Shown: positions 28,086 through 43,332, counted from the first letter of the stretch. The stretch is DNA of 64,000 nucleotides from the human T2T-CHM13v2.0 reference genome, Homo sapiens (GCF_009914755.1 NC_060947.1); one strand, 5' to 3'. Program-made: numbers and translations. Notes: generated from the letters alone by a model not told the origin.

Positions 28086-29700
28086 GCTATGGGTACAGCC
28101 ATGATTGTTACTATCATTATTCTACAACCTGGCCCCTGCCTGGTTCCCAGCGTTATTTCCTGTCACTTTCTCTCATTTTACGCAAGTGCCTGCCAAGCTA
28201 AGCTACTCATTGCCCCCTGCGTTAACTCGAAGATTCTCTGCTTCCGTATTGTTCCCTGGCTGTGTGGAGGCTGAGTAACCACTTGGAGGGGATGTTGTAG
28301 AGGAAAATTCAAGCCACAGAAGGGAAACTGGGTTGAATGAGATCCCCTTTTACATTTCTTTTGGCTCTAAAGTTTCCATCGGATCAATAAAGCAAACAGG
28401 ACAATTAGCAGCACGGCACTCAGCACTGAGCACAGGCGAGGGTGTTCTTTCACTCCTCTTTGCTTTCCTGCCACCCCCTGCTCGCCTTCCTCTTTGCACC
28501 ATGTGGGTCCGCTCTGGGTGGGAGTCCTGGAGAAAGATACTTCAACTAAAGATAAGGCAGAGATAGGCCTCGGTGGAAAGACTTGGTAGACAGACCTGGG
28601 CATTTGATTAAGAGCAAATTGCTTAAATTCTCGGAGCCTCAATTTCTTTAGTAGTAAAATGGGGATATTAGTACTCACTCCATAGGGTAAGAATGGAATC
28701 AGATATTGTTTAAAAGGGCTTATAGCTGAGGTTGCAAGATATAGCTAGTCTACTAAATATCCTTTCTCTTTTCATTTTCCTGTTATTCACAGGGGGGACT
28801 TAGGCTGTGTCTTTAAGGGGTTTTAGATTCCAATCAGTGGAAGGAGGGCTCTGCTGTGAGGGAGACCAGATGGAGACTGCAGGGGCCACAGGGGAACGTG
28901 GGGTGCAGGCAGGTGGGGCAGATGGTAGGAGGCCCTGAAACTCAGACAAAGGGATCTGGGCTTGAGAAAGCAAGAGCTGGGAGCTCAGCTTTGTTCCTGT
29001 TCTTCCGTTCCTCCCTCCTCTTCCTTCTTCTCTTCTTCTGGTAAGTTTTTGGCACAAAATTAAATAGGTTCAAACTAATAGAACTCATTTTCATGAATTC
29101 AGACTTCTAGCCAACTTCTCCATGGTTAGAAATAGCCACGACTCTATCCCAGGCCCGCCCTGGAAAGCAAAATAAAACTGCGTCCCCTGCCACCTTTTCC
29201 GGGTTCCACCAGACACAGGGTTGGAGGGGAACCGCCCTTCAACGCAGGCAATGTTGGCACATTTTTCATTGGGCGCTGTGGCCCGTGAGATGAGGAAGGC
29301 AGGACAGGCGCAAAGTGGACTCTACTTATCTTTCACCAGAGAGCCCCAAGGCCAGAGTGCACCATACAACCCGGAGTCACCCAAGGCCTTTTTTTTTGGG
29401 GGGGGGGGTCTCACTGGGAACAATGTCTGCACCCATTGTAAGCAGTTCCTTTGCCCCTGTGTGCCTCTGTCTTTTTAATTGGGATCGAAAACTGCTACCT
29501 CAATGGTAGTTGTGCCCGGCACATACTAACAGACTTATAAATGTAGCTGCCTGGGGCAGGGATGATCCTGGAACATTCTGACATCTAGAACATTAAGACT
29601 AAATGGATTTAATTATCTGGGGAGAAGAAAGCAAGACAATTAGAGTCACAGGTTCAACACCTGAGTTCAAGTACCTCCCTCATTTAAGAAAATCAATTCA

Positions 29701-29820
29701 TGGAAGGCTGAGGCAGAGAATGGCTTGAATCCGGGAGGTGGAGGTTGCAGTGAGCCGAGATCACATCACTGCACTCCAGCCTGGGTGACAGAGCGAGACT
29801 GTCTCAAAAAAAGAAAAGAA
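29701..29820 (+). mobile_element. 5'-truncated Alu (right arm)
   Basis: Flanked by TSD AAGAAAATCAATTCA (29686-29700 / 29821-29835). Confidence 0.9.
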
Positions 29821-30379
29821 AAGAAAATCAATTCAATGCAGTGGGAGAACTGTTATTGAGCAATTACTATCCACCAGACGCTGTGGAAAGCACAACTGCC
29901 TAGCTCCTCACACTCTTCCTGGTGATTCTCGGGTACAGACTAAGAGGATGTGGGGAGGACTTTTACATGCTCTTGGCATATATAACAGAGTGGCTACCAG
30001 CTGAGGTAACCCAATGATGGCTCTCTAAGCCTCAGTTTCCCCATCTGGAAATTTCTTATGGAAAGGCGGTGGGAAAGAAAGGAAAAAACAAATGTAAAAC
30101 TTACGTTACAATGCCTGACTCTTAGAAAATATCAACCGACAGGAGTTGTCATGTTTTATTTGCTGTAAAACTACCAAAAGATCTTCTATCAACATTTTGT
30201 AAGTGAAAATAATAATATATATTCATATATATTAATTATATAGAAATAATATATAATAATATATAAATGTCTCTATAGGAGAAATAATATCAAGACACCT
30301 AAAATTTTTAATTAATTCTAAACACTAAGACAATTATTTTATTATTTTTCCTCAACCTTCCATCCTAAATCATACGAAT

Positions 30380-30535
30380 AATAACAATAGAAAGAGCTTA
30401 CTAATTGTCATGCACTGTCCGAAGCATTTACTCCTCCCAACAACCCTGTGAGGTCGGTGTTGCAATGAACCCATTTTACAGATGAGAAAACTCCAGCACA
30501 GAAAGATTCATTCACATGGCCAGAGTCATGCAACT
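30380..30535 (-). mobile_element. MIR
   Basis: CAACCCTGTGAGG...CCCATTTTACAGATGAGAAAACT. Confidence 0.75.
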
Positions 30536-32534
30536 TTTAAGAATATTCCTTTGGTTTGCATTTCCTTGTATCTGCACCACCCTTCCCTTTCCTGTCTCTC
30601 TAGGTCTCCTGACCGGTTGGCAGGTCAGTCCCAATCATGGGAACTCTTTTCCTTTAAGCAGTCGTCTCTCTTTCTCTTCCTCTCTGTTTCCACCTGCCCT
30701 CCATCAGTGTCTCAGCACAGTGGAAGGCTGCTTGCTACCGCACTGGAAAACTTCTCCAGACATTTCCAAGTTTGCATTCGTCCATCTCCTTTGGAGAATT
30801 GCTTCAGTGAGGCCTAACCCTTTCTGAGGAAAGGCCCTTGGGAGAAGAAGCCAGGAGAAGGTAGTGGCACTCCTTTGTCATCAGGAGACATTGGGAGGAA
30901 AGAAATGATTTTCGACAGCAGCTGGGTGAGGGGAAACAGAATCACAGAACCTGCGGAAACGGTGTCGGTACAACGGCAGCTGCCAGCTAAACGGGCGAAA
31001 AGGCACCCTGCAAGATCTTTTCTGTGTTTCAACGATGAAGTAGACTCCCAACATGGAACAGGGGCGGGGGGGCTGTTACCAGACAGGTGACATTTGGTGC
31101 ATGCACGAACAGGTCCAGTGCCCCATTCGGAGGCCAGGAAGGCAGCCACCCAGCAGAGCATTAACTAGGGGACCAGACGGTCACCTGCCCCTGCTCACCC
31201 CCACCTCCTTCCTCCCCAGGAAAAAGGAAGTCAAGTAGATGGAGAAACGGGGAAGTCCAAGCTGCTGGCAGTGGCATTCAAGGGTCTATATATAAGGTTG
31301 ACTCTAATCCCCAGCGAGACAAAAGCCTGTGCCATAAAAATGATTAGCAAGGGGTTTCTAAAAACATTTCCCCAGGCCACGGAAAAGGAGAAGGAATATT
31401 TTGCACACTGCCTTGTCTCTTAGAAATAATCACAGCTAGGCCTCTTTATAACCGGCGAGTCTTTTTCCTTTCACACGCCATTTGCAGGCGCGTGGCATGG
31501 TATTTGTAACTAATTTTCAGTAGCAAGTGGGTCACTGGTATTCACAGAGTCAGGTGCCATTTTGAAAACTGCTTCCCTCTACCCGAATCTCTTATATTTC
31601 CAGATGCAGATGCACTTCAGCGATGTCCTAGTGCTGGAAACGCTCCCTTGAAAATATAATTTGATTTTTGAATTTCATCTTAAGACATTAGAGATAATGT
31701 AACTGTAGTCTTTGGAATTCAACGCTGGCCTCCTTAGCCATCACTTTTAAAATTTATGAAAATAAGGAAGAGGAAGGTAAAGAACTTCCTCATTGTCCGG
31801 CAGTAAAGTCAATGGCAGAGCTTGAGCTTGACTTATTTTGCTAAGAGGGAGGTGTTTTACCCTATAAACTCCAAATTACCTTACACCCAGCAAATACTAC
31901 TGTTGAGTGCTCACAAAAATTATGCTGATGAAACAATATGGATGTTTCAGTGATGAAACTTTCTCTTTTAAAATCACTTAAGGGTGCTTTACGTCCCACC
32001 CAAGGCAAGAGGAACGCCAGCGAGGAAGACAAAGAGGCCCGGGGTGGGGCGCATGCCCGCCACTGGACTGAAAGCTGAGTCACAGGAATCGTACCCCTGC
32101 AGCGGGCCAGGCCCTCCAGGGAGGGACACCGCGCCCTTGTGTGGAGATGTCCACAGTAGACAAAGGCAGTTTCGAAATAAAAGAATGCCTGTCACCCCAG
32201 GTGCCACCCCGACCCTTAGTTATTATGCACTGGTCCCCAAGAGCAATTTCTGCGCTGCTGTTGCAAAAATTCATCGTAATGAAATAAACGTAAAAGGGGA
32301 AAATGTGTTATGAAGTGTTGGAGGGTGCTTTGCTCATTTTTTTCGCCATCGTTGTGGTTAGGGTGCATGCACTAGTGGACCCCGGGTGGGGGTGGGGCTC
32401 CCCTCCCCAAAAGCCCGGCAGGCCTCCGGATGCCGTTCCGAGACGCGGCGCGAAGGAGTTAAGCGGGCCGGCGGGTGACATCACCTCATTTACATAGGAG
32501 CGCCCATAAAGCTGCGCCCGCCGCACCCCGCCCG

Positions 32535-32595
32535 ACAACTCGGTGGTGGCCACTGCGCAGACCAGACTTCGCTCGTACTCGTGCGCCTCGCTTCG
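32535..32595 (+). other. TMSB4X: TMSB4X exon 1 (non-coding 5' UTR)
   Basis: ACAACTCGGTGGTGGCC...CTCGCTTCG matches the recalled mRNA 5' end; followed by donor GTGAG; exact TSS approximate. Confidence 0.88.
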
Positions 32596-33517
32596 GTGAG
32601 CCCCAGGGCCCCTGCCTCCTTCCTCCTGCCGTCCTGCCTCCGTCCCCGCCCTTTCATCATCCGCGTCCCTGTGAAGGCATTCCCTAAATCCGAGCCCGAG
32701 TGGTTCTCCCCGGGAAGGCTACTTTGGGGAGCTGGGGGGATGCGAAACACCCTAGATACTGGATAATGGGGTGGGGAAATCGATGATTTAAGAACAAAAC
32801 CGAAAAACTGGCGTTTTGCCGTGCCGCTCGGAGGGGACATTAAAAAATTTCTTAGTGTTTGCCCGCAAAGGTATTGTGCGTTGCCTTGGAGGCTGAGATA
32901 TGGGGGAATAGACAAGTCCTTTGTTCTGAGGTTCATCTTCCGAGCCCCGAGCCTCCTCCCAGCCTCGGACGGCTGCGCGGGCTGCATCTGTGCAGCCTGG
33001 CGGCGGCGGGGCTGTGCTATGACATCTTTACAGTCCTTCTTGCAGAGACATGTGTGCCAGGGATGCCGAATTGCCGGGAGAGCAGGCAAGACCGGCTTCG
33101 GGGCGCGCGGCGGCCGCTTTGTGTGCGGGGCTGCATTGTGACGCGGGCGATGAAGCCGGTAGGGCGGTGGTCGGAAGCTCCAGCCGCGGCCGCCGCCTTT
33201 GTGAGAGGACTAGAAAGCCGGATCCGGCCCGCATCCTTGCGGAGAGGCCGCGGCTAGGAAATGGAAACGCTTTTCCTACCTGGGCTCCATTTTAGGAATT
33301 CTTGCCGATTTTTCCCACTTGAATTTGGAAGTGGCTTTCCTCTTCTTTCCTTGTCCTAGCCAGCCTTTAATTTTAAACGCTGTAATTAACAATTCGCAGT
33401 GGTCAATTTCCTTTATTCTGCAAGATTCGGCTTTGAGAGGCATCCGCCCTCTTTGGTCCACAGCGTTTTGAAATATGGGGAGGAGGGGCGCGGGGGGTGT
33501 CGCCTCTTTTTCTGTAG

Positions 33518-33982
<465 letters not shown>

Positions 33983-34203
33983 TAGTAATGGAATATTTAA
34001 TATGCCATATTAATATACAAACATTTATCCATTAAAATGTATTTCTATTTAGTATATTCAATATACATATTTTATTCCATTGTGGAATACCGTGTAGAAT
34101 GTTTATGATTTGAAAAGATGCTTTAAATGAAAGCCCTTTAGTCTGTACTGAATCCTTTAATCATCTCCCTCCATCTTTTTTTTTTTTTTTTTTCTGGTCA
34201 CAG

Positions 34204-34238
34204 CGATTGAACAGGAGAAGCAAGCAGGCGAATCGTAA
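34204..34238 (+). CDS. TMSB4X: Thymosin beta-4, coding exon 3 (TIEQEKQAGES*)
   Basis: Poly-T tract + CACAG acceptor; completes the 44-aa protein, 135 nt including TAA. Confidence 0.98.
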
Positions 34239-34633
34239 TGAGGCGTGCGCCGCCAATATGCACTGTACATTCCACAAGCATTGCCTTCTTATTTTACTTC
34301 TTTTAGCTGTTTAACTTTGTAAGATGCAAAGAGGTTGGATCAAGTTTAAATGACTGTGCTGCCCCTTTCACATCAAAGAACTACTGACAACGAAGGCCGC
34401 GCCTGCCTTTCCCATCTGTCTATCTATCTGGCTGGCAGGGAAGGAAAGAACTTGCATGTTGGTGAAGGAAGAAGTGGGGTGGAAGAAGTGGGGTGGGACG
34501 ACAGTGAAATCTAGAGTAAAACCAAGCTGGCCCAAGGTGTCCTGCAGGCTGTAATGCAGTTTAATCAGAGTGCCATTTTTTTTTTTGTTCAAATGATTTT
34601 AATTATTGGAATGCACAATTTTTTTAATATGCA

Positions 34634-34680
34634 AATAAAAAGTTTAAAAACTTAGCTGGTGTGTCTGTTTGGTTTCTGGA
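34634..34680 (+). terminator. TMSB4X: TMSB4X polyadenylation signal and downstream GU-rich element
   Basis: AATAAA 34634-34639; GGTGTGTCTGTTTGGTTT just downstream of the expected cleavage site ~34653. Confidence 0.88.
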
Positions 34681-37632
34681 AGGATCGCGGATGAAACCTT
34701 TGCAAAGAGGCCTACCTCTTGGTCCATTGGGGAGGGACAAGCATCTGGTGACTGGATAAATTCCCTTATGGCATAGAAATGGGTTTCACCCAGGTATGCA
34801 AAATACCTTGTCTATACTAGGAGATCATTTTCTCAGGCTGATTGAATTCCTAGTATGAATTGTGTGAGAGCTTTAATAAAAATATCTTTGCAGTTCTTAC
34901 GGGTTTTGATAAGCTGACATTGCACGTGCTCAAGAAAATGAAGGTGATAATTTACAGCACAGTATCTTATTTCAGGGTATCAAATTGAACTTGGTTATTT
35001 AACCAAGTGCTAGCATTAACATAGATGAGTAAAAATTACATTTTTAGCAGCTGCGTTAAGAAGGAATTTAGGACTTGAGCTTACTCATTTTCTAATGGCC
35101 GGTTTCTAATCAGAGTTCAATATTTACAATTGCTTTAATGAATACAGTTAAGATTAGTGAACATGATTTTAAATTTATTGGGTCCTCTTCATTTGAATAA
35201 TCTTTGGATTTAAAAGATACTTATTCGATCTTTTGGGTTTAAAGGACACTAGCAGGACACAGGTGAGATTTGTACTAAGTTTAAATCCAGCGGGAATTAA
35301 TTGACTCACATTTAGGTCTTTGAGTCCTTGATAACTTCTCAATCATCGGAAGTAGTTATTTTCACTGATGGGTAAAAGCAAAGTCCTTGGTGCGGGAAGA
35401 CGGAAACAACGTCAATTTTTTAAGAGTTAAAAAAAGATTTGCCATTCTATAAGGTCCTTAATGGATTCCTCGGTTCTGTAGGGAAGGGTGGAGACTTTTT
35501 TTTTTAAATAAGCACCAGTTTTATTAAGCCGAAACAACAGCATTTAAGAAGGCTCTTAGTTCACTGAATGTTCTGCAAAGCTAAATTTTACAACGCAAAT
35601 GTCCAAGAAGTTAAACATTTTTCTCTCAAAACCGATTTATGAAAATACCCTTTTTGAAGCGGAGGGGTAGGGAAAATTGTTGATCACTATTAAATTGGTT
35701 GCTTTCATTTCCTTTGCTCAACGCTTATTTTGAGAAATGCACAGGAAACCATTTACCTGTGGTTTAGACAATCAAGTAGACCATCAGGCTAGAAGCCTTG
35801 CTCTGCGTTGCAAGGGAAGGGGTGTGTACAGGCTGCTGCAGAGGCTGCTACAAAACCTGAAGCGCCACAGCCCGCTTAGCTCCGTGAAGAGAGGAGTAAG
35901 CACAAAGGTTCTGGAGCCATCTCAAGATGGAGACGGGCCTGGAGCCCTGTAGTTTTCTTGCCTATAGGGAAGGGTGTGGGCACAGTGCAAATGCCCAAGG
36001 CACAAAGAGAAACCATTCCCACGTGGGCTTTTGCTGTGTGCCTTTTTCAAACAATGCAAAGACGAAAGAAGATTTTAAGAAATTAACACAGCTCCAGTGT
36101 TCCTCAGTTGAAGAAGGAACATTTAGGAAAAGGGATAATTCATGGACTAAAAGACCTTTCTCCCCTAGAGGGACGAAGCTAAAACATAGCACAAAAAAAA
36201 AAAAGTAAAATGGTAATGATTGAATTCAGGCTGCTTGACGTGTGGAATGGGGAAATTCAGAAGCTTCTGCCCATATCACACTCTGTACACTTAACTGCTG
36301 CACACGGGGATGGGAGAGAATTTATTTTTTTAATTTTGATGGGGGATTCTTTGTTTTTCCCAAGAGAGATTCTTCCCAGAAGGGCTGGGGGTATTTATGA
36401 GTCAGTGTGGGGATATATGTTCCTGCTATGTAGGACTTGGGAGTCGACAGTATTTTTCACAGATACAAAGAGGACATTAGGTTTACCCTTAGAATGAGAG
36501 AACGTTGGGATTGAAGGAGACCCTATGACTGTTTCTCTTCCCCCCAGGACAAAACAGGCCAAGGTAGCTTAAGTAAGCCCCGAAGGTCACACAGTTTAGT
36601 CTGGGATTTCTGCAAATTTTGAATTGACCAAGACAAATAAAGCAAAAATAAAGGAAATAAAAAGAGACTCACTAAAGGACCTTTGAGATTGAGCTGGCTT
36701 CATTTTGAAATCTCGCAAATTTGTCAACCATCACAGCCACATTTGCAGCCTTCCAGTGGTTGGAATTTTAAAGCTATTTTATTCTTTCAGGAGAACAACA
36801 CAGCTTTTGGGCTGTGTATGCAAAGATTGAGTGTGTATGGGGGGGAGGTGGGGTTCAAAATCTTCACAAACTTTGAGTCTCTCGGCTGTGTAAGAGACCC
36901 ATTATAGTCAGAATCAGGTATTGTCTCCTTTAAATGCACAAGGAAGGTCTGTTTATTTTCCCCCAAAGAAGCATCTAATTCCTCAAGAGACAAAAAGAAA
37001 ATATTTTTGCATTTTTTTTTTCTAAACATATGGGGTCAATTTTGTGCTAACGAGAAAGAACAGAGCGTTTTGGAGACAATATTACAGACAAAGAGTAAAA
37101 ATAAAAAATCTTGAGTCTTTCTTTGTTCAAGAATGGAAACTTCAAACGTTGTTTAAAAACGTTGAAAGCACTCAATGCTTCATTTACCCTAGTAGCCTTC
37201 ACTAGCCTAGCAAGAAAATAAGAAAAAACCACCCTCCGCACTCCACACTCCCCAAATCCTTTCTTTTCGATTACACTTTCAAGAGTGGCTTACACTGCAA
37301 TCTAAGAGAATCAAACACACCAATTTGGGACTCAACTAGGTTTTCTCTGCATGTAATGAGAAGGGGTGAAATTACAAATGTAAGGCAGAGATATACAACA
37401 AAGCAAGCTAGGAAGAAAATATGTTTCTAAGACCTGTATTTACCTAGTTTATATTTTCCTTGGACACTTGCATAGCATTTTATTTCTGTAATCACATTGT
37501 CGTGCTAATACCATCTTTGCCCCTGGCTTCTGAGACTTTTGTAGGCAGGGCTGGTGCATGCCACATTCACTGTGTGCATACACCACGCACTCTTCCTTCT
37601 GTGCCTCAAAGCACACTTCTCCCCTTACTTGA

Positions 37633-37978
<346 letters not shown>

Positions 37979-38051
37979 TGAACATGTGAATGTCATGTTA
38001 GACATCACAATTTTAAATATGTTTTTAACAAATATATTTAAAGAGCTTTGA

Positions 38052-38400
<349 letters not shown>

Positions 38401-38905
38401 GGCTGTGCTGATTTGAATCAATACTTATAGCCAACTCCATATTATGAAGCCAGAGCACTGGATCATTAGTTCACTCCACCAGTTCATGCCAGGTAATTCA
38501 TTTGCCACAGAGACACGGTTGTAAATAAGATGTAGTCCCTGCCCTCCTGTGCCCTCCATTAGTTAAATGCATTTTTCATCTGACTCCAAGTGGAAAATAC
38601 TAAGAAATTATTCTTTTCCATTTTTAGGGTACATGATGAGTCTAAGGGCTTTGGATTTCTAAATGAGGTTTAATACCTATTCTTTGCTTTACAGTGGCCA
38701 TTTTTCCAAATGTATCTAGAATGATTAATTCAAATCCCTCCAAAAGTTCAATGGTGAGTGAATTTTGAAGGAAACTGATTCTTCACCTTGCAATCAAATA
38801 TTCTATTAGCATAGAAAGATTGGGCATGATAACTCTTGCCTGTTATTTTTTGAGAATCCTTGCTGAGGAATGCCCAAGGTCTAAAAATGGACTGAATGAA
38901 TAGCG

Positions 38906-39225
38906 TTTTGTTGTTGTTGTTGTTTTTCTGGGCAGGGTCTTGCTCTATTGCCCAGGCTGGAGTGCAGTGGCCCTATTATAGCTGCACTATAGCCTCAAAC
39001 TCCTGGGCTCAAGTGATCCTCCCACCTCAGCCTCCTGAGTAGCTAGGACTACAGGCATGTGCCACCAGCCCTGGCTAATTTAAAAAAAATTTTTTTTTTT
39101 CTTTTTGTAGAGACAGAGTTTTGTTATGTTGTTCAGGCTGGTCTCAAGCTCATGGCCTCAAGTGATCCCCCTGCCTCCACCTCCCAAAGTGCTGGGATTA
39201 CAGGTGTGAGCCACCACACCCAACC
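38906..39225 (-). mobile_element. AluJ
   Basis: Reverse Alu consensus. Confidence 0.92.
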
Positions 39226-39767
39226 TGGATAGATAGCATTTTAAAATCTATCTTTTGCTAGGATTTTGTGGCTTAGATGTTGAATCTCCAGAGAAACACT
39301 TCTTACTGCTAAATCCTTCCCCTTCCTCTGTTTGCCTTCTCTTTCCAATTCAACTGTATGATTACTGGGGGCTGAAATGGTTGCTCAAATTTTGAAATCC
39401 CTCAGAGAACCAAGCAACATGATGACCACGTGTATCCATAAGCACAGCACCTGGCTGGCTGAGGGCTGGTCACATTTGTTTAGTAGGATTCCACAGTTTG
39501 GAACTTCAATGGAGGGGGACAATAATCTATTCAAAGCAGTTGGAGCTATTCCTGTCACGTTATTGTCAAACCACAGGAAATTATGCCTTTCCTCATTACC
39601 ACATTGAGCGCTGTAAGTGGCTGATACCTTTGACCACACAGAGACTTTGTGATAGCATTTTCTTAATCTAGAAACAAAAATATTTCAAAAGATTAAAAAA
39701 TATATATGGAATGCCACATGGTTGTTTCTACTTAAAATGACTTGCTTACTTGGAGGGTAGAGTCATT

Positions 39768-39936
<169 letters not shown>

Positions 39937-40639
39937 AGAAAGAGTCATTCTTTACTCAACAAACGTTTACTGAGCACCTAGTGTCTGCCTGGCTCTTTCC
40001 AAGTTGCTGGAATAGGAAGTTGAATAAGGCCCGGGCCTACTCTTGGTCTATGGGAGAGGAAAACCTGTGCGAATGAACAGCCGTATCCGGCCTGAGCCAG
40101 ATATCCATTCATTTATCCAACTACGATTCACCCAGCTTCTGTTTTTGCCAGGTAAGACACTGAGCCAGGAGATAGCCTGGAACCAGATTGTGAAGGGCCC
40201 CTGAGCCAGGCTAAGGAGTTTGAAAATTACCCTTAGGTAATTGGGAGATATTAGAAGTAAAATCATTTCATCCACATGAGGCAGTCTGTAGACCCTTCTT
40301 GTTTAGAAATGTAGCTATAGGGAAGGAGGGCGAAGAAGAGACTGTCCATACTTGTCACTGAAAAAGCATATTGACATCATCAGTGTTGCAGCAACGTCAT
40401 ACAAGAAGGTGCTAAATCTTACTTTTATTGGTATTTCTTGGTCCACATTTCGAAAAGATGGGCTTGTAACACCTCTATATTATGAACACTTCATGGTCAT
40501 TTGGTATCAACTTTTATACTGGAGCGGAAAGAAGTTTAATCAATTTGAAATGGTTAAAATTACATTTTTGTGTGGAGATCTCTGAGGTTTGCAGTGCCTT
40601 GTACTAGGGTTTGTACATTAAAAGCTGGTCTTCAATCAT

Positions 40640-41098
40640 GTATTATGTTCCTGGGGCAGCTGTAACCAATCCCTACAAACTTGGGGGCTGAAAACAACAG
40701 AAATATATGCTCTCATGTTTTGGAAGCCAGCAGCCCGATATCAAGGTGTCGGCAGAGCCGGATTCTCTCCAAAGGCTCAAGGAGAGAATCCTTCCTTGCA
40801 TCTTTCAGCTTCCAGTGGCTCCAGGTATTCCTTGGTTTGTGACTGCGTCACTTCAATGTCCACTTCCATTTTCACGTCGCCTTCTCTGCGTCTGTGTCTT
40901 CTCCTCGTCTTTCTCTTATAGGGGCACTTCTCATTGGATTTAGGGCCCACCTGGGTCATCCAGGATGATCTCATCTCAAGATCCTTAATTACATCTGCAA
41001 AAAAAACTCTTTCCCAAGTAAGTTAGCATTCACAGGTTCCAGGGATTTGATATGGACAGATCTTTGGTGGGGGGAGGGCTGCTATTTAACCCACTATA
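40640..41098 (-). mobile_element. MLT1B/C MaLR LTR
   Basis: AAACAACAGAAAT, TCAAGGTGTCGGCAG, TCATTGGATTTAGGGCCCACC, CCTTAATTACATCTGCAAA. Confidence 0.82.
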
Positions 41099-43131
41099 AA
41101 TCGTCATTAGTGGGTTGTCTAGTAGAGGCACTGTAGTGCGATGGTTGAAATGATCAGTCGGTCAGCACTGTGGGCAGGGACATTTTACCGAATGAGTGGG
41201 TCTGTGGAAGGAGAGAGGATAACTGAAGATTTTCGACATTAATCAGAACATTATCCAGTGATTTAAGGACCAATATGGAAAAACTTATAGGACCCATAAG
41301 TGGGTGAAGAGAAAGGGGTATGGAAGGAAGGAAAATGAAAGGTTTGTAATTGGTTATTTGTTTCCTGTGATTACAGGGATGAATAACACAGGTGGTCATG
41401 GCAGAAAACAGTTGTGCTTCCTCAAGAGCAGTGAAAAATACCATGTGGGAAAAGAAGTGCATATACTACCCTAAGTAATTAGAGAGGTCAGTCACAAAAT
41501 TTAAAAGAAAAGAAAGTAAAAAAGAATATAATCTGAATGGGTTTTTTTTGAAGAAAGGATAGTAATTATATAACCCTGAATTTGTCATTTCAAATATCAT
41601 TGATAACTTGAGCTAGGAAGGTGAGAGCACCGTGAGTTCATATATGCAAATGTAAATTCTCAAAGCCATACGTGCATGCCTAAGGCATTCCTCTAAGGTT
41701 CCACTGACTTTCTCTGTATAAGCTCCGTGTTATAACAGGTGTATAAATATACATGCAACATGCATCGAGAACAAACATATTGGCATCTAATGTTTGGAAC
41801 CTTCCGCCTATCAGGGCTTCTTTTCTGAAATAAGTCATGAAGTTTCCCAACAGGAGAGATGGATACCAAAAATAAAATCCATTTAAGTCCTCAACCCATT
41901 CAAATAATAAATCCTTCAGATTAGAAAGAGGTGAGGTCAATTGAATCTAACATAGACATTAAGAACTATCTGCCCCAAAGAAGGCTACTCCACACTTTTG
42001 ACCATATTCCTTTGAAACAGGGAGGATTCATGTTCTCTCTCCTCTCCTGGAAGCTGACAGATACCCATGTATGATGTTGACATTTATGTATGTCTAGAAT
42101 GCCTAAGGCATTTGGCTTGGCCAAGGCCGGTTGTGACTTGGCCCCCTGCCACCATTCTTTGTACCACAGGTGTTTCCAAGTAGGATCTCATTCGAGTTGG
42201 GAGGGTGAGTTAGGGCTTTAGACCACAGGAGCAGCTGAGGGAAAACTGTAAGGGGCCAGGCTTAGCCAAGAAAAGAAGGCTGAGAAAGATCCAAACCAGA
42301 CAGCTGGCTACCATTCTAACCTCTATCCCCACCCCAGCGCTACCACACTTCAGGCCACACCCTACCCAGAGTGTGGTTTTCAAACCACAGGCTGTGTCGT
42401 AGGAAATCAATTTATTGATTCTTGCCAGCATTGAAAACAAAAATTAAAAAAAAAAAAAGACAAAATAAATCACTAAAAAGAAATCAAGCAAGAATTTTCA
42501 GAACTCCCCAGCATGGTAAGGGTAACTATTGTTTATCAAACTTCTGTTTGAGTTATTTATGAGGGGGAGAGATGACTGATCTGTGATGTACAATGTTTCT
42601 TTCAGTGTGAGTCAGACTCACACTTGTCAAGACTTCCATCCCCCAGCCTCCTGCCTGCTTATGGCCTCAATTCCTTTCTTTTCTCTGTCTAGCTTCGACT
42701 CCTAATCACTCACTTCAGATTGATTTTAAACCCTTTCCTCCCCATGTCCAGCTGAAGTCTTCCTTCATGCCCCAGTCCTGAATCCACTCCAAGAACCTGT
42801 TTGCCATTTTTTCACCCAGGCTCCCAAGTACTAACAGATAAAATATACACTTTGCCATGCTGTCACCTCAAAATTTGTCACTTGTTCCTGGTCAACTTAC
42901 TATTAGCTGTGCCACCTTCAGAAACTTCGTAACTTCTATGAGCTTCACTCTTCTCACCTGCCTAATGTGGAAGGGGATGGCCATGACACATGGGGTTGCT
43001 GTGAGAGTTGAAGGAAATATGTACATTGTAGGTGCTCAGTATATGGTCTCCTTTATTATTACAACAGCCTCTTAGTTCACAAATCAATGCACTATTATTA
43101 CATGAAATACTTCTTGACCTCTTTGTAGCCT

Positions 43132-43146
43132 TGTGTGTGTGTGTGT

Positions 43147-43177
<31 letters not shown>

Positions 43178-43332
43178 ACAGGGTCTCACTCTGTCACTCA
43201 GGCTGGAGTGCAGTGGTGCAATCTTGGTTCATTGCAGCCTCTCCAACTCCCAGGCTCAGATGATCCTCCTGCCTCAGCCTCCCAAGTAGCTGGGACTACA
43301 GGTACATGCCACCATACCCCAGCTAATTTTTT
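43132..43332 (-). mobile_element. Alu right arm with (TG)n-converted tail
   Basis: (TG)n at 43132-43177 followed by reverse Alu arm. Confidence 0.85.

Noticed and set aside
28990-29046. Strong-looking donor CTG|GTAAGT upstream of TMSB4X
   Set aside because: No supportable exon or promoter structure from sequence alone
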